64,000 bases of DNA, taken from NCBI GenBank assembly GCA_938040325.1, contig CALHXW010000314.1, positions 9,154-73,153 on the forward strand. The letters are read 5' to 3'. The notes below the pieces were generated by a model. That model was not told the origin of the DNA, searched no databases, and saw only the letters and a list, made by a program, of their open reading frames with translations. The position numbers and the translations under genes are program-made. Numbering within the stretch: the first letter of the stretch is position 1; the number at the start of each line of letters is the position of its first letter. This DNA is from an uncultured bacterium. GTDB lineage: Bacteria > Myxococcota_A > UBA9042 > PHBI01. This document shows, piece after piece, positions 1 to 6,717 of this stretch.

Positions 1-113
1 GTCCGCACATCGCAAGCCCCACAGTCTGGGCCGCGGTCACACTCGCCGCCCTCTCCGCACCAGCATTCGGTCTCATTCGCGTCGCAAACGATCGAGACCC
101 GCAGGCACAGGAG
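1..113 (-). CDS. Partial Cys-rich ORF running off the left window edge, in the same frame as the 114..668 ORF but separated from it by TAG
   Basis: Hand translation of the reverse strand gives LLCLRVSIVCDANETECWCGEGGECDRGPDCGACDVR with no stop. Hand-counted GC3 is about 76% over 37 codons. No start codon is evident. Confidence 0.3.
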
Positions 114-668
114 CTAAGCATCGTCACAAACGCAGCCGCGGAACGCCCGCCCCATCGCGCGTTCGCGCCCCGCTTCAACCTTGGCTATCCTCCCGTTGAA
201 TACGATCTTCCACGTCTTGGGTTCGTTGCGGCCGGCTGGGACACTGCTGAAGGCCACCAAGAACGCGTACTGCCAGAGGTCCGATTCCAGGGGATTGGCT
301 GCTATGCATTCGGTCCCTTTGAGCTGTTTCGGTTGCCTGATGTGAACACTCTGCTCGACCGGCTCGCACAGATGCCGCCAGCTGACCTTGCAGCGTTCTG
401 CAAGGAAATCTGGGATGCACCTGAGGCGGCGATTCGACGCATGGGTGGCGTTCCACCTGCGCCAGGCCCAAGACCAGAATGCGCGGCGCGACCCGGTGAG
501 ATGTTCGAGCACTGGGGCGACGTTATGGTCGACCGCCAACAGCTCATCCACGTCTACTTCAGCCAATCTCGGATCCCCATTGGCGTCTGGCGCCAAGCGA
601 GTCCGTAGCGCCCGGCAATACCGCGCGCCGCCTTGGCCATCGGGCGCAACAGTGGTAGGACAAACCAT
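114..668 (-). CDS. Hypothetical protein (184-aa ORF, extent uncertain)
   Basis: Hand-counted GC3 is ~73-77% in this frame. The C-terminal half (GTECIAANPLESDLWQYAFLVAFSSVPAGRNEPKTWKIVFNGRIAKVEAG...) looks protein-like and the N-terminal half is W/R-rich. A competing + strand ORF at 333..608 cannot be excluded. Confidence 0.4.
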   Translation of the reverse strand: MVCPTTVAPDGQGGARYCRALRTRLAPDANGDPRLAEVDVDELLAVDHNVAPVLEHLTGSRRAFWSWAWRRWNATHASNRRLRCIPDFLAERCKVSWRHLCEPVEQSVHIRQPKQLKGTECIAANPLESDLWQYAFLVAFSSVPAGRNEPKTWKIVFNGRIAKVEAGRERAMGRAFRGCVCDDA

Positions 669-880
669 GGCTAGCAGACCGCACAGATTCTTCCATCCTG
701 GTCAAGTTCGCACGCGCGTCCAGCGCCAGACAGCTCCTTCGCCAAGTGTCTTCGTCCGAAACCAGAAATGTCGTCGCCTAAAGGCATCCGGCACGCGTTC
801 CGAACTTCCGCTTGGTTCGCACCAAGACCGACGAAAGAACCGCGGCGCGCTGCGGCCAGCAGGCTCGCTGACGCAACGCC

Positions 881-1759
881 TTGTCCGCCAGAACGCCTGA
901 CACTGTGGATGCGCTCTCCACCAACACGCGCCCGACTGGCATCCCCATGCCGTGGATGACCGCACTTCGATCACTGCGAGTGCACCAATGGTGGTATTTC
1001 GCAACGTTGCCGCTGGGGGCGCTCGCGTTTGCGGTGCCAACCTGGGGCGACGTTTTCCTGGGTGTGTGCTGCGCGTCTGCGTGCCTTGCCGCTGCCTTTG
1101 GCCTCAATGCGATCACCGACCGCGCTGGCGATCGTTGCGCGTGGAAGAACCCCCTCGTCGGCCGTGGCGAAGGCGCGGGCCGCGTTCTCGGTTTAACTGC
1201 CGGATGCGGCGCCGTCGCTCTCTTGACCGCTTCGTGGGTTGGGCCGACGGCCCTCCTTGCCGCCGGGCTTTCAGTCCTCGCTGGACTCGTCTACAGCGTC
1301 GGCCCAAGATGGAAGGCAAGGCCTGGAATCGGAACGCTCTGCAATGGCGTCATCTTTACGCCGCTTCTTTTCGTTGGAACCTCAGCAGTAGTTGATACCG
1401 AAGTGGCGCTTGCCCTCACCATCGCACTGATGACGCTGGTCACTCAGAACCAACTCCTCCATGAAGCGGCAGACATGGACGAGGACCACCGTTCCGGCAC
1501 GAGGACGACAGTCGTTGTGATCGGCGCGGGGCACGTCAAGCGCGTCGGGTTGGCGTTGGGAGCGGTTGGCGCAGCAACAACGCTCGGGTTCGCGGGTTTG
1601 TCGCCGCTGACGTTCACGGCCTCGATCGGCATGATGTGTGGAGGCATCTTGCCTTTTATAGTGCAATCAACTGAGTGGAGCCGGCTACGCCGGCAACACC
1701 GATGGCTTGCTGCAGCGGGTGGAGGCACGATGTTTTTTGCCGCGCTGCTGCTTCAGTGA
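881..1759 (+). CDS. UbiA-superfamily prenyltransferase, integral membrane
   Basis: The ORF begins with TTG at 881, and ATG candidates lie at 947 and 956. It has multiple hydrophobic segments. The first Asp-rich motif is LNAITDRAGD (NxxxDxxxD) and the second is EAADMDEDHRSGTRT (DxxxD..G..T), as in DGGGP/chlorophyll/heme-O synthase type UbiA enzymes. Confidence 0.8.
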   Translation: MSARTPDTVDALSTNTRPTGIPMPWMTALRSLRVHQWWYFATLPLGALAFAVPTWGDVFLGVCCASACLAAAFGLNAITDRAGDRCAWKNPLVGRGEGAGRVLGLTAGCGAVALLTASWVGPTALLAAGLSVLAGLVYSVGPRWKARPGIGTLCNGVIFTPLLFVGTSAVVDTEVALALTIALMTLVTQNQLLHEAADMDEDHRSGTRTTVVVIGAGHVKRVGLALGAVGAATTLGFAGLSPLTFTASIGMMCGGILPFIVQSTEWSRLRRQHRWLAAAGGGTMFFAALLLQ

Positions 1760-1767
1760 GGCAAACG

Positions 1768-2811
1768 ATGCGCAGGATGAAACGTTCTGCAGTGCGGCGA
1801 GCGCTGGGCTTCGCCTATGCGAAAGCCAGCGGCGGGTCAATGCCCGTGTCAATTACGTTTATCACGACAGATCGGTGCAACTTCGACTGCAGCTACTGCC
1901 AGATACCCCATGCACCGACACCCGAAATGTCGACGGATGACTTCAAGCGCGCTATCTATGAATTTTGTCGCCATGGCCTGACGCGAGCGAGCTTCAGTGG
2001 CGGCGAAGTGATGTTAAGGCGCGACACTGTTGAGCTTGTTACGTATTCCAAGTCCCTCGGCTTGTTCACGTCGCTAAACTCCAATGGTTGGTCGACAGGC
2101 CGCCACCTTGACGAGCTCGCTGGTGTTCTCGACATGCTTGTCGTGTCGCTTGATGGTGACCGTGAGGCCCATGATGCGGTTTGCCGCCGACCGGGCTCTT
2201 ATGACCGTGTCCTTGACCTCCTATCGGACGCGAGGGACCACGGTATCTCAACTGCCACCATTTCCGTGATCGGGCCATGGAACCTCCACCTTTTGGATGA
2301 CCTGATGGCAACTGCGAGTCGACTGGGGGCATGGGCGTATTTCCAACCCGCTCAGGCCGACTGCTACGATCAGTCGGCTGGACTCACCGGCGGACTTGGC
2401 GCCAGCGAAATCCATGCCCTGGCAAACGCGCTTGAGCGAGGACTAGCGCGAAATGAGCCGATTGCCGCGTCAACCGGCTACCTCGCACGCTTGAAGCAGG
2501 CGCCAAAGTTCACGAGCTGCGCGAAGTGTGCAGCTGGTCGGTTCTTTGCCTCGGTGCTCCCGGATGGTCGTGTGGTGCCGTGCCATTTAACCTCAGAACG
2601 ACACCATTACCCCAGCGGTCTCGATGTTGGTTTCGTGAAGGCGTTCAACGCGCTACCTCGACCGAGTGGTGACGGTTGCGCGATCAGTCCGTACCAGGAG
2701 AGCGACCTGATTTTCTCCTTGGACCGCAACGCAATTCAAGCCGCGCTTCGCCGCTCCATCCCCTCATCTGCAAGCGCTTATCGCGTGATGAAGTCTGCAA
2801 TCTTGCGCTGA
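1768..2811 (+). CDS. Radical SAM enzyme with twitch/SPASM-like C-terminal Cys domain (paralog 1)
   Basis: ATG at 1768 lies 8 nt after the UbiA stop; the track start at 1675 would overlap UbiA. Motifs: TTDRCNFDCSYC (CxxxCxxC), GGEVMLRRD, and C-terminal CAAGRFFASVLPDGRVVPC (C-x12-G-x4-C). Confidence 0.9.
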   Translation: MRRMKRSAVRRALGFAYAKASGGSMPVSITFITTDRCNFDCSYCQIPHAPTPEMSTDDFKRAIYEFCRHGLTRASFSGGEVMLRRDTVELVTYSKSLGLFTSLNSNGWSTGRHLDELAGVLDMLVVSLDGDREAHDAVCRRPGSYDRVLDLLSDARDHGISTATISVIGPWNLHLLDDLMATASRLGAWAYFQPAQADCYDQSAGLTGGLGASEIHALANALERGLARNEPIAASTGYLARLKQAPKFTSCAKCAAGRFFASVLPDGRVVPCHLTSERHHYPSGLDVGFVKAFNALPRPSGDGCAISPYQESDLIFSLDRNAIQAALRRSIPSSASAYRVMKSAILR

Positions 2812-3869
2812 GCCTTCACCAACGTGAGGTTGCCTGAGCACGCCTGCTCCCAACACATGCAGCCGTATTCTGCTGACTGCATGCGCTTGCGGGTCGCCTG
2901 CGTCGCCCGATGCGCCCACAGCTCTCGAATCGACAACTTGGTAACGTTGCCAACGCGCGAGTCTTCGCGTCCATAACAGAGCTTTACATCCCCGTTAGGC
3001 AAAATCGTCATCGACGTCGCCGGAACCAAGAGACAGCGGAACCCGATGTCTTTGTAGAGTGCATCAGGCTCGAAGACATACCGCGAGGCCATATCCAAAT
3101 AGGGCGATCTGAGCCACGGATGTGCCTTTTGAAGGTCAGCGAGGCTGCGCTCAAGGGCCAGCCTGTCTTCCGGACGAAACATCACATCATGATCGCGAAC
3201 CGAGTGAATGCCGTTGTCCTGAACAATCTGTAAGAGAATCCCGTCGACCTTTTCTTGCCAATAATCCACGTAGGAAATGAGATGTCTGAAGTTGCCTCGG
3301 TGGATCGTGCAGCGGACCTGAATCTGCGGACGCTTGTTTCGCCGTTGCCGTCGCAACGTAGACGCTGCCGCCTCGACCTGGTGAAAGAGCCCGCTTAGAC
3401 CACGAAACCGGTCATGCTCGTCGGAACGATGGCTATCGACACTAAACGTGACGGTGTCGACACCAGTCTCCACCAGCCATCCGAGGTGACTTTCGATGTT
3501 ACGCCCGCTGGTCCCAAGGCTGACGTAAACGCCCCGCGCTTTTAAGACTGCCGCAAGGTCGCCAAGCTCGTCGACAAGGGTTGGCTCTCCGCCGATAAGC
3601 GAGACCCCCCACACGCCAGCGTCGGCAATGGCATGGGCGAGCGCGACCCGCTGTTTCCGATTGAGCTCAGCCACAGGCCGCCCCATATCGCAATGCCGAC
3701 AACGCAGAGGACAGCGTTCAGTCAATGCCCATGTGACGAATGTCGGCGCCGTGGGCTTGGTACCAGGGAACTGCACACCACTCAGGTTCGCCAGGAGGCT
3801 TGGTGCAGCGCGTGCTAAGTCTCCGAGGATGACTTGCCCGCCAGCGAACCGTGGACGAATTGTTTTCAC
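2778..3869 (-). CDS. Radical SAM enzyme with twitch/SPASM-like domain (paralog 2)
   Basis: Motifs: LTERCPLRCRHC (CxxxCxxC), GGEPTLVDE, CLLVPATSMTILPNGDVKLC (C-x13-G-x4-C) and CMCWEQAC. The probable GTG start at 3869 overlaps the upstream TGA (GTGA at 3866-3869). The track start at 4016 would overlap the aminotransferase by 150 nt. Confidence 0.9.
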   Translation of the reverse strand: MKTIRPRFAGGQVILGDLARAAPSLLANLSGVQFPGTKPTAPTFVTWALTERCPLRCRHCDMGRPVAELNRKQRVALAHAIADAGVWGVSLIGGEPTLVDELGDLAAVLKARGVYVSLGTSGRNIESHLGWLVETGVDTVTFSVDSHRSDEHDRFRGLSGLFHQVEAAASTLRRQRRNKRPQIQVRCTIHRGNFRHLISYVDYWQEKVDGILLQIVQDNGIHSVRDHDVMFRPEDRLALERSLADLQKAHPWLRSPYLDMASRYVFEPDALYKDIGFRCLLVPATSMTILPNGDVKLCYGREDSRVGNVTKLSIRELWAHRATQATRKRMQSAEYGCMCWEQACSGNLTLVKAQRKIADFITR

Positions 3870-5191
3870 GCCGCTTCTGCCCCTGTAGCCAAAAAGTCTT
3901 GGTGGGCCTCGACATAACGGGCCATCGCACCGATCTCTGCAGGCGTCAGGTTCGGATGCATCGGAAGAAACAGCATCTTGTTGGTGTATTGACGGGCGTT
4001 TGGCGTGTCTCGCCAAAAGGACGCGAACGCTCGCTCAGCGGTCGCACAAATAAGATTCGTCGAGGTGGTGTCGATCCCGTCCCTATGGAGCGCCGCTTTG
4101 AGTTGGTCCGGTTGATGAGTAAAGAGAGGCAGCCGCCACCATGTGCTGACCGCCTTGCGGGGGACGATAGGCAGCGCGTTTCGCACAGCCGGACTCGATG
4201 CCCGATAGAATGTGTCGACAAGTTGAGCCCGCGTCGCGTTGTCATGCTCCAGATGCATCAATGCTCTCAGAGCCATCAGCGCTTGCGCATCGCTGAACCG
4301 ACGAAACAGGTACGCAGGCAGTGCCCGACGAACCGCCCGGGGACGGCGACGCCACGGCACCAGGTTCCCTCGCTGGAACTCCCTAACGGCGTTCGGAAAG
4401 TACTGCTCCGCGCGTCCTACCGCGGCATGCATTGAACGCGTGTAGGTTCTTTTCGACGAGGCGGCATGCAGTGCAAGATCGCGAACAAACAATCCCGCGA
4501 GCTGGCGATGACTTACTGGCCGCAACTGACTGTTTCGACGCCGAAGGTACCTGGCTAACTCAGGATCGTCAGTGAGCGTCAAGCCGCCAATGAACGAACT
4601 CATCGGTTTCAGCGTGGTGAGGCTGAAGAAACCTGCTGCACCGAACGTACCTGCGTACCGCCCATTGAGTGAGGCCCCCATCGCCTGAGACGCATCCTCT
4701 AGCACGACCAGCGAGCGACGTTCAGCGATTGCCAAGATCGATGGCATGTCTGAGAGCAAGCCACAGAGATGGGTCACAAGGATCGCACAGGTCCGCCGAG
4801 TCACGGCGTTTTCCAAGCACTCCACATCCACACTGCAAGTGCGAGCGCCGAGGTCGACGAAACGTGGCACTAACCCGTGCTCCAAGATGACGTTGACAAC
4901 GTCGGCAATCGTCACAGGCGACAAAATCACCTCTGAGCCAGGCCTGAACCGATAATGCTCGAGGAGCATGCTGAGCGCGACTCGTGCATGAGGAAGCGCA
5001 ATGACGTTTCCTGCGCCGAACGTAGCCGCGCAGGCTTGTTCGAACTTAGCGACTTGCTCACCTTCCCGCGCGCGATGACCCACCAAGGTCTCGACGAGGT
5101 CCTGCGCTGTCTTCACCGGTTCGAAGTACAGCTGGCCGCGTGGCAAAGGACGTCTGCGTACCACGTGACCTCCCCTAGCGCCGCGGTTCAA
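3866..5191 (-). CDS. DegT/DnrJ/EryC1/StrS-family PLP-dependent aminotransferase
   Basis: Family-typical strings include ALPHARVALSMLLE, GSEVILSPVTIADVVN, LVVLEDASQAMGA and FFSLTTLKPMS (candidate PLP lysine). The TTG start at 5191 overlaps the upstream stop (TTGA at 5188-5191). Confidence 0.85.
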   Translation of the reverse strand: MNRGARGGHVVRRRPLPRGQLYFEPVKTAQDLVETLVGHRAREGEQVAKFEQACAATFGAGNVIALPHARVALSMLLEHYRFRPGSEVILSPVTIADVVNVILEHGLVPRFVDLGARTCSVDVECLENAVTRRTCAILVTHLCGLLSDMPSILAIAERRSLVVLEDASQAMGASLNGRYAGTFGAAGFFSLTTLKPMSSFIGGLTLTDDPELARYLRRRNSQLRPVSHRQLAGLFVRDLALHAASSKRTYTRSMHAAVGRAEQYFPNAVREFQRGNLVPWRRRPRAVRRALPAYLFRRFSDAQALMALRALMHLEHDNATRAQLVDTFYRASSPAVRNALPIVPRKAVSTWWRLPLFTHQPDQLKAALHRDGIDTTSTNLICATAERAFASFWRDTPNARQYTNKMLFLPMHPNLTPAEIGAMARYVEAHQDFLATGAEAA

Positions 5192-6552
5192 CCCTCAACC
5201 GTCACACGCCCATCGCCCTTGAGCAGCACGCCAGCCGGCAGCCGGACTGGCTTGGCCGGACGACCGAGCTTCTTTTCGCGTTCCGCCCGCTTGAGGGGCC
5301 GGTCAATGACGTTGCGATGACATGCCATCTGAACTTTGCCATCGACGAGGTAGTACCGTGAGCAGCGGGCGGCGTCTTGAACATCAATGCTCTGTGGCTC
5401 GCGAAACGTCTCGATAGAGATCAGCAGCGACCTCTCGCTCCACGACGCGGCTTCCGCTCGGCCACCACGAGATGCCATCTTCATGAAAGCACGCAAGTTT
5501 CTTGGGTTCTTCAAGAAGCCGGACACTCGCGTCGCCGGATGAAAGCTCTTCGAGTCTCCAAGAAGGGGCAGCGGCAGAAAGCAGCGACGCGTCGCAAAGT
5601 CCGGGTCATTCGTTAGCCGGTGAATCGCATGCATCGCCGCAAAGAACATCACCCAATCGCGGTACTTGATTCGACCACTGGTCTGCTCATCGATGGCGGC
5701 AATCATTTCGATTTCATCGAGCAGATTGTCGTCGGTGGTCAAGAGCCCGCGACCCAAGCGACGAGAAGGCATCAACGAAACATGACGAACACCCGGCGTG
5801 TCGAAGCCCATACGGATCAACTGCCCCATGTCGGTCATGTTAAAGTTCGAGTCCACCATACAAGCCAAGTCGATATTCATACCGACTCTCACGAGGTTAT
5901 CGATGGCCTGCTGTCGAATCTCGCTTGTATTCTTCACACCGCGAAGCGCGTAGAGCGACTCGTCATCCATTGTATCGGTCTGCAGCAGCACCCAGCGGCA
6001 GCCGCTGTTGTAGAGCATCTTGACGTAGTCGAAATCCTTGAGCTTGATGCCGTTGCTCAGGAGCTTCACGTCGTAGCCTAAACCCGTCAGTCTTGAGATC
6101 CACTTTGGCAAGTCAGACAAAAGGGTGGGCTCGCCCCCTGTCAGGTAGAGAACGGGCTTGTACGGAAGGATGGCTTTGAGCTGCTCAATCGTTTCGTCCA
6201 ACGATGGCATCTTGCCGCTCACCATGCCTTTTGCATCGATGAGGCAGTTCGGACAGCGCATGTTGCAGCTCTCCGTGACATCGATGAAGAGCCCACGCAG
6301 GTGCTTTGCGTGGGCGATGTCGTGCTCCAAAATCGGTGGTGGCAATGGTTCGAGCATCGACTCCATCAAGCGAAAATGCTTGGGATGTTTGCTCTGCTTG
6401 GCGTCGTGTTGACCGTGAACTGGGCACTGTCGCCGAAGCCAAATGGCGCCGGAGTGCTCGACGATCTGGGCGGGCACGAGCTGGGCGCAGTCTTCGCACC
6501 AACCTGTTGTGTCGGTGATCGACTTCGAAAGAAGAGTTCGTAGCAGTCCCAT
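5188..6552 (-). CDS. Radical SAM enzyme with N-terminal CxxC...CPxHG zinc-ribbon (Tes / MJ0619-like architecture)
   Basis: ATG at 6552 is preceded by AGGAGG 5 nt upstream. Motifs: WCEDCAQLV...RQCPVHG zinc ribbon, DVTESCNMRCPNC (CxxxCxxC) and LTGGEPTLL. About 454 aa. Confidence 0.85.
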   Translation of the reverse strand: MGLLRTLLSKSITDTTGWCEDCAQLVPAQIVEHSGAIWLRRQCPVHGQHDAKQSKHPKHFRLMESMLEPLPPPILEHDIAHAKHLRGLFIDVTESCNMRCPNCLIDAKGMVSGKMPSLDETIEQLKAILPYKPVLYLTGGEPTLLSDLPKWISRLTGLGYDVKLLSNGIKLKDFDYVKMLYNSGCRWVLLQTDTMDDESLYALRGVKNTSEIRQQAIDNLVRVGMNIDLACMVDSNFNMTDMGQLIRMGFDTPGVRHVSLMPSRRLGRGLLTTDDNLLDEIEMIAAIDEQTSGRIKYRDWVMFFAAMHAIHRLTNDPDFATRRCFLPLPLLGDSKSFHPATRVSGFLKNPRNLRAFMKMASRGGRAEAASWSERSLLISIETFREPQSIDVQDAARCSRYYLVDGKVQMACHRNVIDRPLKRAEREKKLGRPAKPVRLPAGVLLKGDGRVTVEG

Positions 6553-6717
6553 GCGTCCTCCTATGGCGACGTTAACGAGGGCCGAAGCGGATGTCCAGCC
6601 CGACCAAGTCGACGACAAGGGGCCCCTCGGGCCAACGACACGACCCATGCCTCTCGGACCGGAACCCCAAACTCGCGAGCGTCGTGATGGGTTGCCCGCA
6701 GGAGTTTCGACTGCCGT

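Noticed and set aside
333-608. 91-aa plus-strand ORF (TTG start) overlapping the 114..668 minus-strand ORF
   Set aside because: Not firmly rejected, only unresolved. Its peptide looks plausible (DVNTLLDRLAQMPPADLAAFCKEIWDAPEAAIRRM). Its hand-counted GC3 (~65%) is lower than that of the opposing frame (~77%) over the same stretch, so the minus-strand ORF was listed instead.
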